From the NCBI GenBank assembly GCA_021432655.1, contig MU271182.1:186001-250000 (forward strand): a stretch of 64,000 bases of DNA, given 5' to 3'. The position numbers were made by a program, and so were the translations under genes. The stretch comes from Atractiella rhizophila. Lineage: Eukaryota. Below, one piece after another: positions 35,362 to 48,484 of the stretch (position 1 is its first letter; the number at the start of each line of letters is the position of its first letter). Under the pieces are notes generated by a model. That model saw only the letters and a program-made list of their open reading frames with translations, searched no databases and was not told the DNA's origin.

Positions 35362-38300
35362 GCCGCTGAAAGATTTGGCGAAGGGGGAAATGGAAAAGAA
35401 AGAAGGGAAAAGTCGACGTTGCAGACAATTGGAGCCTGAGGACTTGTGTTTGTGGTGCTAATGCAGCACCGGAACTGAAATCGGCCGTTCGGAGCCGAAC
35501 GCCGACATCGGAACTAACTTTGCCGAAGTACACTGGAGACGTACAACGGCTGTCCCAATTCCAAGATCTTTGAAAATAAAACCTTTTCTGGAAGTCAACC
35601 AATAAAAAATCTGTCTTACAAAACTCTTCTAAATACACCAAATAAGCTATATGTAAGACAGATTGTTGAAATGTTCACTCTGGGAGTCACGATTTTGGAA
35701 TGACTCATGTTGTAGCCTCTGATGCGGGACTAGCGGACCTGCACCATAGGAGGGACACATTCGGAGGAAATTTTAAGGTTTGACGATTGCACCAGCCCTC
35801 AATGCATCTCCACGTGTTTTGCCTTCAAACTGACGACGACATTTGCCTAATCATGACCCTAGGGATTGCAAATTAGGTCGGTTCAATCTCTGAAAATTGT
35901 TGAATGATGTACAGTAGAGCATGAGTAAGTTGAAAATTGATTGAGTGGAGTAAAAAGGAACAACGGGACGAAACAATGCCGCGAATTAGCTGAGTTTTGA
36001 GCAGAGCTGCTAAAATTCGTATTGAGGAAAAGGTAAAGTAAAGTGGAATACGTCGGCGAGGTTCCGAGGAGGATCTTGGAAGTGTCACTTGGATCGTTAG
36101 TTGTTACCAAACCCGCGACGCCAGTAGCTCGCATGCTATTCGCAAAAAAAGGTGAGTGTACCCCATCATTGAAAAGAATCAGTGATACCCAGACACAACG
36201 GAAAAGTAACCGCAAGGAACATGGACAGCAATTTCCACAAATCCAGGAATTCCAGTAGTCGCCAGTTCTCGAGGTCCGTCGGGACGCGCTTTCGTATGGA
36301 TACCAGCCCTGACTGCGGTGCATTGATATCAACATCAACATGCCGTCGTCTTGGTGTTGTAGTCGAGAGAGCTTCCCCTTCTTCCCACGCTCGGTGGTTT
36401 CTTCGATTCGGACTTATGTGGATTTGATCATGCTTTCAGCTGAAGGTTCGATCCACGATGCTTGGAACGGTGCTCGATTCGATTCAGTTCATGCCTGCCC
36501 CGCGACAACATGCATCGGATCGAATGAAAGAATAGAGAGCACGGAAGAGCAAGACCCACTTCTTTCCATGCACAACTGGGACTGGGAAGCAGGTCGCACC
36601 ATCGTAGTTCATAAAACCGTGATGGTTGTTCCAGGGTTGGCTACAACGCCATTTAGCTTATCTTTCCATATCGACCTTGAAGAGTGGGAGAGAGAGATAG
36701 ACCTGTGATGCGGATCGTAGTAGATGCTGCGCCATTCCGGGCCAATATATGAGCTGTGGGTACCAACCTGATCAGTGAGGAAACCTAGCGTAGTGAGGAG
36801 CACGGGAGACGAACTTCTTCAACTGATCTGCAGGTACGACAGCTGGCATCGTCAGTTTCTGATTCGAGGTGTAGCCAAGTCAGGCCTTCGGAATGGAACC
36901 CAACTTGCAGTTGTGATTCTGCGGTATCAAATTCAGAGGCTTCGCTTCGACAGGAGATCCTTGCTTGTTGGAGTCGGAAGAAGTTGGCAGAGCCGCCTCA
37001 AATGCAGAAGAAGTGAAGAGGGAGAGGAAGCAGAGGTTCTGAATAGTTCCAGCCATGGTGTATTAGCAAGTCGACCACTTCGAGAGTCTCAATTCGAAGT
37101 GTAAAAGGGTCGTGATTTCGTCTATCCGCGCTGCGGATGAAGCAGGAATCGAGATCGCAAGAAAATAAAAGGGCAAGCCCAAGAGTTGTTAGACATTGAG
37201 GTCATCAGTTTATCATCTATGGCAGGGAACAGGCAGTGAGATGCACCAAAAGACCAAGAAGCCTTGAAGGAGGACAAGAAGGAGCTCCTACTCTGTCGAA
37301 GGGAAGGGGGAAATTGAGAGATCTTTTTAACGGTTGCACCAGGCTGGAGAAAAGAGAAAAGACTTTGAGAGGAACGAGACTTTTATATCCCATTGGCGCG
37401 CCCCTTTCTGCGATCACAACAAATTTTAGCTCGACTCAGGTCGGAAATGTGTGAATTGGATCTGAGACATCCGCGAAACTCCACTAGAGAAAGCTGAGAG
37501 GAGCTCTAATATAGAGAATGGCAGCCTTGTTGATTATTCAGGAGTTTTTGTCCTAAACCCAAGGTCACGTGACAGTCGACTCAACACGATGTAAACAGGA
37601 TACAAACCTGATGGACTGATGCATTCAGGTGAGATTAGCAGAAGTTGTGTACCGCCAGTAGCTCCTCAAAAGATAAGAACGAGAGTGACAACTGTATTGA
37701 TGCAGGGGTTGTCACGAGGGATTTGAACATTCTATGGACAATCTGTGAAATGACGCTGGTTTCACAGCGTAATATTTGATATCAACGGAGGTTCTTAAAA
37801 CAAGCGCCATCCCAGCTTTGAGTGGAGACTGTCACAGAAACCCTGCAGAAATCCGATCTTAACAGAAACCGGTTAACTTGGATGTCAACAGAAATTTCGG
37901 AGCCCTGTGACCCTTTTCGACAATCGGCTCCGGTGTGTTGCAAGTTAAACGGTTTTCAAAACTGACGGTATAGAACTTATGGAACGCTGGTATATCCGCA
38001 TGAACAACTGCTGGTGTGTCTTTGTCCTAAATATCAGATGTTAGGCAGATTTCGTTTATGAATGCCTCCTTTGAGTATGACAATGGTGCTGTCATGGGGA
38101 TGGGATAAAACCCTATACCAAACCTGATGACCGCTTGTTAGAGCGTCACTCACCCTCTTGCTGTCCATTATGGTGCCCAAATCGAGAAAACCCCAAAATG
38201 AAATTTTCCCTCAAATATCATAGAGTGTGATGCAGTCACCCGTATATCTCTAGGATACGACATGCCCTATGGCCTATGGCAAACACGTCACTGTGAAGTT

Positions 38301-40099
38301 CAGAGTGATACAGTACATAACAGGAAAAGCTCTAATGACTGTTGATGAAATTCAGTGCTTCGAATCAGCCTTGGAAGCACAAAGCTATCATTAACAAGTT
38401 AACAAAGCAAAAATTGACAGAAAAGGATCAAGTATCGACTTCAGCTGTTGATCAATAGGTTCCTGCTGTTTTTCTGCTAATGATGAGCTGATATCATTAT
38501 ACTGTCTGCGCCACATTGTTTTCACAAGGTCGTTCTGAGACGGCCATAGTTGTTATCTGGAAATACGGCCTGCACATTAGATCCCTGAGAGTACTAGAAT
38601 TGACTTCCCTTTGAGATTAACTTCCCTCGTACTCAAGAGGCGTAGGAGAACAACTGAACAACTAGCCCATGCACTCATTGGCTCCGAACGTCCATCCGCA
38701 ATGACACAATAAAGGCTCCCACGTCTCCCCATAAAAAGAGCATAGGTTCCTTCCCGTGAATGACAGCCCGTTTCAGTTCTGAATTTCGATTGCTACTGGA
38801 TTGCTCATTCCTCCTCGTGTTCCGCAATTTAGACTCACCTTGCAAGCAATCAAGAAGTTTAAAGTTTAAACATCACATACCTTGGAGCAATTCGAGGAAT
38901 TTGATCACAATGAATCGGATTAAGGGTTTTATTGGATTACTGTGACCTCAATTTCGCTGCCACCAGGATCAGTGTTATCAAAAACCCAGATAGCTAAAAC
39001 TCGAACCCAGGTTTTGCAAACATGGTTCTTCAATGTAGCATCTCGCGAATACGAGGAAACGTGCGAGTGTATGGTACGTTATAAAGCTAATCTCTTTTGT
39101 CAGCCGACAGATGTCCTTCAACCTTCAAAAAGGTTAATGTGACATTTTGACCATTGATGGCAACGCCAAGGTTGATTACACCATCCTTGTTGACCACATT
39201 TTTGACCCGTTCAAGTGATAAAGTAGACAATTTTTAGGACATCACTCCAGGTTTCCAATTCCGGTTCAATGAATGAGACAAGATAAACGAAATCGGGAGT
39301 GTGTGAACTAACGCAGGTAGGCCAGTTAGGAAAGATGGTAGAATGGAGAGATCGATCCTTTGGGAGCTGGCTAAAGCGGTGATGAAATGGACCAGCGCCG
39401 TCATCTTTTAAGAAGACCAGGCACACTACTGCCCATAACCCAAGTTAGAAGAGCAGAAGAAAGCTGAAGGTGGATAATAAATTGTGCCTTAATAGCATCA
39501 TAAGCCTTTGCCATCCTCATCCTCATCGTCAGCCTCCTCATCCAAGTCGTTCTTCTCAGCTTCCTTTTCATCGTCCTTCCCATCCTGATTACTGTAACAA
39601 AAATTTCACGACAGAAATAAACCGATATCCCAAACTGTGGCCTACGAGACTTCCTAGATGAACAAGTTCTTGGGAGAATGAAGGAGAATGGGAGATAGAT
39701 GGATCATTCGTTGCTGGCGATAGAGGTATGCTGTGCGCGTTTACATCAGGCGGAAAACTTGGACTTCAGGACGACTACGACAAGCTGTCACGGTGTTGGG
39801 CACAGAGAGTAACTCGGCGAATGAATGAAGTGATTCAAGTGGTGGTCGACCTCGCACTCGAATATTCTGGAATGCAAAAATGTAGTAATGATTAATGATT
39901 CATCTTGAATACAATTTAGACTGATCCAGTGTCTGTGGAATGGAATGTGTCTGTCTCTGAAGCAAAAAATAAAATAAATTAAAAGATATAGGTATATGGA
40001 AACTTGAAATGACATCAATACCCAATGTGTTTTCATGTTAAGTAGCTTGAACGTAATATATGTGATGCTGTTGTTGCCCTGTATAACATATAATAACAA

Positions 40100-40458
40100 T
40101 GAGGTGAACATTAAAAAAGCGGAGCAAAAAATACTCACATTTGTATATCAAAAATACAATTTGCTATTACTTCACCATTATCTATCACATTCCAGGAGTG
40201 AGTAGGGCGAACGCAAGGTCTGAGAGCCGGCTACAACGATGTATAATTCGTAGTACGAATAAGCTAATATCAAAAGAGCGGAGGACAAAATACGTACCTC
40301 AGATATCAAAACATGCAATTCCCTGTTGCTCCACCATTATCCATCGTATTTAGACCTGAGTGTGGTAAGTTATGTGACTGAGGGCTAGATATTACTACGT
40401 ATAATGCATAATAAGATTGAGCGAACATCAAAAAAAGCGAAGGAAAAAATACACCCTA
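40100..40458. repeat. Degenerate ~160-bp tandem repeat (third unit split by Helitron B, continues at 46246-46345)
   Basis: AAAAAAGCG..AAAATAC...CCATTATC...GAGT...CTGAG recurs at ~40110, ~40270, and ~40430 joined to 46246. Confidence 0.75.
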
Positions 40459-43400
40459 TCCTTATATACAAAGCACGACGGGTTTGACCATGACTCATGC
40501 ATGTACTTTTGAGCTCTTATATCACCGCCCACAACAACCCTGTCAGAATTCTGAGCATACCAACAGAATACGCGTGTCGGCGCCCTTCGAACCGTATACA
40601 GCAAAGCCTGTTTGAAGACAAAAAAAAAAATTGTTTTCCTGACTGAGTCAGGTGACTTTTGACCCTTTGGGCAAAGCTTTGGTTACCTACTCAAGTAAGT
40701 TGATAGAACGTAAAAGTTGTACTATGGTTTAGTTGGTGTGCGGCAAAATTCAGGTTAGGGATCATGTTTAGGTGAGTTCGATTCTCGGTGGGGTCACATT
40801 TTGTCACCCTGAAAAGTGCAGCACTGTGAAGTGCCTGCACTCGATTTCTTCAGCGCTTTCTCTGATTTCTCGCATTGTGCGCCAAAAATCATTGTTTCCT
40901 AACTATGAGGGAAAGTGAGCAAATGTTCATGCAAGTGAAACAGTTCTTTCAACACAAATATGCTTCCTAACAATCTACTATAGTATCCCTGAGTCCTTTA
41001 CCATCAAATCAAATCAAGTAAAAGGGGCATAGGTGTGTGTACTCTAGCTTATGTATTCTTCACTTACATCATTTTGCTATGTGCAGCAAGCTACACTCTC
41101 ATGCCACATGCAATTCAGAGAAATCAAACAAGAAATCGAGAGCGCCGATCCAAACGGCCCCAAAATCTGCAGCAGGAGGCACCACCACACCAAGGCCGAC
41201 CTATAAGGGAGAGGCGACGCCCTGCACGTTTTAATCCTACTCCACCGACTCCACCTCAGCATGAGACGAGACCAACTAGGGCTCCACATCACCGGCGACG
41301 TCGAAGCTCATCACTGTCTAGATCGTCACGACCAGCTCGACGACATCGGAGACAGCGTTCACCCTCCCCTGAGGAGGACAGTGAAGAAGAGGCTCAACAG
41401 CACCCATCCTCTCCTGATCCTGATGATGGAGACAGCAATGAGGATAGGGCATTAGTCCTGTTGTTGCAAGGCGAACAAAGGCAACATCACTATCCTGCAT
41501 TCAACTACTCACCTGATATGGATCTTGAGGCACACCACCTCTCTATGTGGGGATTACTTTGTACACATTGCAAAGCCTTTCATTGGATGGAAGAGAAGAT
41601 CGTTAACAGCCCACAATATAATCCAAAGTTTTCATTGTGCTGTCTACATGGCAAGGTGCTGCTACCTGTTCCTCCACCTCCTCCTGAAGAGCTACGAAAG
41701 CTTTTTACATATCACAATACAACAGGTAAGTATTTCTATTCAATTTATTGCATATACATATCTGAGAGGAACAATCATTATAGAGTCAAAGCAATTTCGA
41801 GAGCATATCAGGGTATTCAACAATGCTATTGCCTTTACATCCTTAGGTGTCTGCCAGGTATCAATTCCTGGATACGGTCCCTACTCCTTCAAAATTCAGG
41901 GAGAGCTGTGCCACCTTATTGGTACTCTTTTGCCACAACAAGAAGGGGGCGAAACATTTGCACATGTCTACATTACAGATTCAGGTGTACAGATTGAACG
42001 AAGAGTTGGGAACTCTTCAGTCTCACTGAGTCGTGCTACGCTTGAAGAACTTCAGGCTATGCTCTTCCATGTCAACCCATATCCGAGGATCTACAAATTT
42101 GCGAAAGAAAGAATGGAACAGGATCCCACCACCACACTACACCCTTCGCACAGTAGCTCCACAAGAGAGGGACCCAAGACGCTACAACATTCCTGTAGCC
42201 AGCGAAGTTGCTGTGGCGATGAAGATGGCAACAGAGAAGAATATGGAGTGGCCAGAGATATTATCATCCAGCTCAGGGCAATCACAACCAGTAGCAACTT
42301 ACTGCGTGTCAATCAGCTCAACTCAAATTACCTTCCACTTCGTTTTCCTCTTCTGTTTCCATATGGGGACCAAGGATGGCATCCGCAGATTCCGTATCGA
42401 GACCTGCCTGTAGATCTTCCTCCTCGCGAGCAAGAGCACTTCAATGATGATGGTATGCGGGTTGGTAATTCCGGGGTTTGACAACGTGTCAGCCAAATGG
42501 AGTTCTATTCTTACATGTTGCATTAACGAAGTGATATATTCTCACTACCTCTCTATGGTGGTCGGCTATTACAAGAATTAGTAGTTGACTCTTATGCACA
42601 AATTGAAGCATATCATCTCCGCTACCTTCGGTTCAATCAGTCTATTCTTCGAGCTGAGGTATATCAAGTCTTACAGATGCCCTTGCGGAAGGCTATCCTT
42701 TAGAAGATATAGAAGGCGGACTATATTACCATCAAGTTTCACTGGCAGTCCACGTTCCATGAATCAGCTGTTCCAGGATGCGATGGGTATAGTTGGTGCC
42801 GTGGAACACCCAAATACCTTTACAACCTTCACTTGCAACCGAAACTGGGCAGAGATCACGGAAGCCCTCCTACCAGGACAAAAACCAGAGGATTGGCCAG
42901 ATTTGGTTTTAAGGGTTTTTCGACTGAAGGCCCTGGAGTACATCAAGGATTTAGTGGTACGACAGATTTTTGGAAGGGTTATCGGATATGTCTGGGTCAT
43001 TGAATTTCAGAAGAGAGGTCTACCACATGCGCACATCCTGTTGATTCTTCATCCTGAAGATCTTATCAGGGACGAGGCAGCCATCGATCAAGTAATTCAA
43101 GCAGAGCTGCCTGATCCGGACAAGGACCCTGTATTGTTTGAAATAGTCACCAAACATATGCTACATGGTCCATGTGGTGAACATAATCCACATGCACCTT
43201 GCATGGTTGATGGAAAGTGTGGCAAAGGGTATCCCAAGCCTTTTGTCGAGGAAACAAGAATCAACGAAAATGGTTACCCTACCTATCAACGACGTAACAA
43301 CGGCCGGGTTTTTCGGAAGATGATACAGGGTCAAGAATTTATATATGATAATCGATGGGTAGTGCCCTCTAACCATTTGGGTCCTAAGGAAGTTTCTGGC

Positions 43401-46245
43401 TCACATCAACACAGAGATCTGTATCTCAATTCGCTTTATCAAATATGTCTTTAAATACGTATACAAGGGGCCAGATAGAGCACAATTAGTCTTAGAATCA
43501 GATGGCAGTGGAGCGAGAGAGCCAGTGGATGAGATTAAAGAGTATTTAGATGCACGGTATGTTGGTGCTTCGGAAGGTTCGTTTTGTCCATTCTCAAAAA
43601 GTTGACAGTTAAGTAGTGTTATAATTTTTAGCGTGCTGGCGGATTTTCCACTTCAAGCTTCATGATCACTCTCCAACTGTGATTCGACTGAGCATTCATC
43701 TTCCAAATCAACAGATGGTCATTTTTAATGCAGAAGACGATCAACGTGAAGATATACTTTCAAGGAGAAACATTGGGAAAACAATGCTCAGCGAATTTTT
43801 CCAATTTTGCCATGACCCTCCCCAGGTCTCCTGATTGTGGACCTATCCTCAAGCACCCTCGACACTTGGTCTGGCAGAGTAGTTCAAAGCGCTGGAAGAT
43901 ACGTGAGAAAGGCGATGCTATTGGTCGGATATATTATATTGCGCCATCACAAGGGGAGCTCTTTTATCTTCAACCACTTGTTCTCAAGGTCCCAAGTCCT
44001 AAATCTTTTGAAGATATTCGTACAATTTATGGTCAAGTTCACGAAACATTCAAAGCAGCCTGTGTGGCGTCAGGTCTACTGGAAAGTGACGAAGAATGGG
44101 ATCTGTGTCTGGAAGATGCAAATGCAATCAAACGAGGATAGCAATTCGTTCTCTTTTTGTCTACATTTTGGTCTTTGGAGTTACAAGCGAACCATTACAA
44201 CTGTTTCGAAGACACTATGGTAAGCTCAATGAAGATTGTGCACATCTTCTGCAAACAGTTTATTGAATGGCTACGCCTTCTGAAGACCAGATCCGAGACT
44301 TATGCCTTATTGAGCTAGAGGATCTGCTACATGGTCTAGGCAAGACACTAGAGGAGTATAGGTTGCCGTTACCTGCTCACAGGTTTGCACGATGGGGTGG
44401 AGAGACAAGGATAATTGGAGAAGAGCTGGCGTACAACGTTATGGAGTTAGAGCAACGTCTTGATAGGGATCTTCCTCTTATGAATGAGGATCAACGACAC
44501 ACATATGATACAATCATCGAAGCCTGGCGGAATGGCACCGGAGGACTCTTCTTTCTCGATGGGCCTGGAGGAACTGGAAAGACTTTTGTTCAGAATCTTA
44601 TACTGGCAAGAGTAAGATCATCCAAGAAGATTGCACTAGCAGTAGCCTCTTCTGGAATTGCTGCTATTCTGCTTGAAGGTGGTCGTACCGCTCATACGCG
44701 CCTCAAGATTCCCCTCAATGCAGATGCTCAGTCAGTTTGTGGTATTTCGGCTCAAAGTGATCATGGAAGGCTATATGTCGAGGCAGAAATTATCCTGTGG
44801 GATGAAGCCATTATGAGTGATCGCCTCTCCGTCAGCTGTGTGGATCGGTTGGGGCAGGACCTTAAAAAGGATTCAAGACCATTTGGAGGAACACTTATAG
44901 TTTTCTGTGGTATGATACTTCCCTTTAAGTAGTTCTTTATTAACATACTGTTCACAGGAGATGGCAGACAGTGTCTTCCGGTAGTGCCAATGGAAGCCGA
45001 GCTCAGATTGTGGATGCCTGCATTATTAATTCTTACTTCTGGCCGAATGTTCAAGTCCTGCCTTTGAAAACCAATATGCGCCTTCTTCGAGGCCAACAGG
45101 AAATGACACCAGCCGAATTTCAGCATACAACCAGATTTGCCCAGTGGCTCCTTGATGTTGGAAATGGTCTCACTGATAATCCGTCAGACAATGGATGTGG
45201 AGCCTTAACGATACCAGATGGATCTATTATTCCATCCCACGAAGGACTAGATGGTCTGTTGCGCTCAATTTACGGACAACTAGATTCTCTACGAAATATC
45301 CCTGCTCTGAGCTTCCTTCGAGAATACTTCCGGGTTTGCATGATTCTAGCAGCAAAGAATGTGGATGTGGATGGCATCAATGATCGCTTGATTCAGTGGC
45401 TCGAATCCACAGGAGATCGGGTATATTACAGTGCAGATCAAATTATAGATGACGAGGGAGATCTCAGGAATCGCTTCTCTGTTGAGTACCTGAATACCCT
45501 GGAGATCTCTGGATTCCCTTCACATCGTTTACACCTCAAGATCGGTGCACCCATAATTCTTCTGCGAAATCTCAATCCATCTGCTGGCCTGTGCAACGGC
45601 ACACACCTCATAGTCACTCAGCTTCTCCGGCGAGTCATCGAAGCAACCATCATTACGGGTGCACACAGTGGCGAATCAGTTCTCATTCCTCGAATCGGCA
45701 TTGACAGTGTAGTATCAAACCAGCTTCCTTTTCAATTCCGCCGCTTTCAATTCCCTGTGCGCTTAGCATTTGCCTTAACTCTGAATAAAGCGCAAGGACA
45801 ATCTGTTGGACATGTGGGTTTGTACTTAGAGTCTTCTCCTTTCTCTCATGGGCAGCTTTATGTTGGTCTTTCACGGGTTTCAAACGCACACAATTTACGA
45901 GTATTGGTCAAAACAAAGCAAGGAGAGGAAAACAAGCAAACAGATAATGTAGTTTACAAAGAAGTGTTACGAGTACTCAATCATTGATCATCTCTCAGCA
46001 TGTTCCTAACAGTATAGTCAAAAGCTGAAGTGGTTCTCTGAGGTACGAGGAGACCACTCAGCTTTTCAATGTTTTTTGAAGACAGTAGAGTACATATGGT
46101 GAGTCTGTGCTCGCCCAAGGCGAGGCCCCACGCAGTGGCTGCCAGAGGCACGAGCTCCACGCAGTGGCCGCCAGAGGCTGGGGTCCAAGGGGCGAAGCCC
46201 CTGGCGGGGGGGGATGCCCTCGTCCCTCGGGCACTGACACACTTG
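40459..46245 (+). mobile_element. Helitron copy B, full length (5787 bp)
   Basis: A|TCCTTATATACAAAGC ... hairpin-CTGACACACTTG|T. No TSD. The flanks rejoin into one tandem-repeat unit. Confidence 0.95.
41101..45987 (+). pseudogene. Helitron RepHel (HUH Rep + Pif1 helicase), intron-containing, with stops and frameshifts
   Basis: FTTFTCN, VIEFQKRGLPHAHILL, YVFKYVYKG, DGPGGTGKT, WDEA, LCNGT, QFPVRLAFALTLNKAQGQS, HGQLYVGLSR. Confidence 0.93.
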
Positions 46246-47090
46246 TATATGTCAAAGATACGATTCCCTATTACTTTGCCATTATCCATTGTATCTCAGG
46301 CGTGAGTATGTCGAATGCAAGGCCTGAGAGCAGGCTATAAGGATTATTAGCCTTGAGGGGATATTAACAAAGCAGAGCATTAACTCACATTATTTACGGT
46401 TGTCCGACTCCTCAACAGTGCATTCAGTCCTCTTGCAACTGCAGTTGTAATTGATCAAATAAAGCTCAGGATTTGCCTTTGTTTATAATAGTTGATGTGA
46501 TACTTATAAAAAATTTCAGAAGTGGAGGCTGGTGCATTATACGTCCCAGACTGAAAATCACAAAAGATATATTTGTATCTGGCTACTCACTAAGAGAACC
46601 ACTACTTTCTCTTCCCTGCTTCAATATGCAACCTTTCTTTTGTCAAAACCCAGTCCATCTTTTCCTCTATCCATGTCATTGCCAAAAAACTCGCATGTTC
46701 ATCATCTCCACCAATTGATCGACATCTGGTACTTTCCCATCCTTGATATCTGTGAAAAACTTCTTTACCACATTCTTGTCTATGCTCCATTTCCCCACCA
46801 TATTCTTGCAGAGTGGGACATTGAGTAAGTTGTTCTTTGGCAGTGGGTACCGGACCTTGGACCAATGCAGAAAGTTGTCGTCACAGATGTCACGCTTATG
46901 ATTGTTTGTATTCTTCTCACCATACCCATCCTTTTGTTTCTTGCATTGACCCCAAGTCTTTACAGCTCCAAGGTTTCCCTTCTTTGTTGGCTTTGGTTAT
47001 GTGACTTTCACTGGTGGAGGGAGTGTTGTTTGTAGTTTCCAGAATAGTTTGATCACTGTTTAACACATTGTTAGTAATTTCCTTTTCTTG

Positions 47091-48015
47091 TCAATAAAAG
47101 TGTTCAAACTCACAGTCTCCTCTGGCTACTCTGTGAATGTGACTAGCAACCTCCTTCTCGATTTCCAACAAACCGTTTTTAAGCACCAAACCATCGCGAA
47201 TGATTTTGTCATTCGGAACACCCTTTTCTGCATTGTAATATGCAGGGTTCAAGATAAGCTGGGGGTTATTATAGTTCTCAGCAAACAACTTCAGCTGCTT
47301 CTCCGTCATTGAAGAAGTAGCTTTAAACTGGAGTCGGTAGGCGACAAGTTTCCAGAAGCCATCAGAGTACATTTGAATTGTACTCTTCTCCTGATAATCT
47401 GCAAACGATGTGCCTGTTGCTGAAGTAAAGGTCTGTGATGCTCGAGATTGAGAGACATTTGTGGGCAGAGGAACTGGCAGTGGTTGTGCTTCCACATCAA
47501 TATTTGTGGAAGATGGGGACTGGTTCGATTTTGTGAAGTTCCAAATAGAAGGTGGCAGAGGTGGCTTGATATCAGGATCCAAAAGTTCTCGATTTAGGTG
47601 AGGGCGTTTGGAGGAGATGGCGAGTGTAGTAGTGGCATCATCCTCACTATCCAATTGGGTCGCCATGCGCTTTTCTGGCAAGCAAGATGAACTGATCGCA
47701 AATTGTTGTAATTGAATGTTTTCGGATTTCTATAACAGCTCAATATGAATATATTCTCATGTTGAGAAGACTGGGCAAGAGAAGACTTACAGCCTTTGGA
47801 AACACCTCCATTTCAACATCAGAGTCCACAGGAAGTTTACCATTCATAACAACCGTTCCATTCATGACAGCCATAACAATTACTTTGGAGTGTTCGATAT
47901 CATCTGGTTTCAGACTTTGGAGAAGCTCCTTTCGCTTCGCTTTATAGGGATCTAGGTCAAGTCCCATAAGGCTAAACTCATGGAATATCAATAAATGTAT
48001 TACTCCCAGTAGCAA
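47091..48015 (-). pseudogene. Hypothetical multi-exon gene fragment, probably transposon cargo
   Basis: Consecutive minus-strand ORFs separated by intron-sized gaps. No domain recognised. Confidence 0.3.
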
Positions 48016-48484
48016 GTACAGAAAACATACTACTTTTCACGCTTAACGAATCCAAACTCATGCTTCGAAAGACGTCCATGTTGTAAGAGGCAGCCGAGAA
48101 GCAGCATGCACAAGAGGAAATCTAGCCTTTTGCCATCAGCTTGAGGGCACATTGAAACCAAACCAAACATGCTGTAACCTTACACTCACCAATCAAACAG
48201 GCAGGCTGTTCCAGAGAGCCGTAAGAATCATGGCTGCCTCATTCCCCTCTTTGTCCAATTGCTCCTCCGACATGGAGTGGATCACTGGTCGAACTCGAGG
48301 TCAGCTGCACGATCATCATTCTCCATCACCATCTCCATTGGCCTGTTATCCAGCATCTATAGAGAAGATGAAGTGTGTCTAGACAAAGGAGACGGTACCT
48401 GTGCAAGCACACATTGTACTGCATCGTAGCCTTGTGCTTTTCTCTTTCCTCCAACCTCTTCTGCCTCAAATGTCTTGAAATCTC

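Noticed and set aside
35870..39800. Fragmentary ORFs on the minus strand
   Set aside because: No recognisable motifs or consistent gene model, so left unannotated.
40100..40458. Possible CRISPR-like array
   Set aside because: Whole ~160-bp units are degenerate copies with no repeat-spacer structure, the context is eukaryotic, and there are no cas genes.
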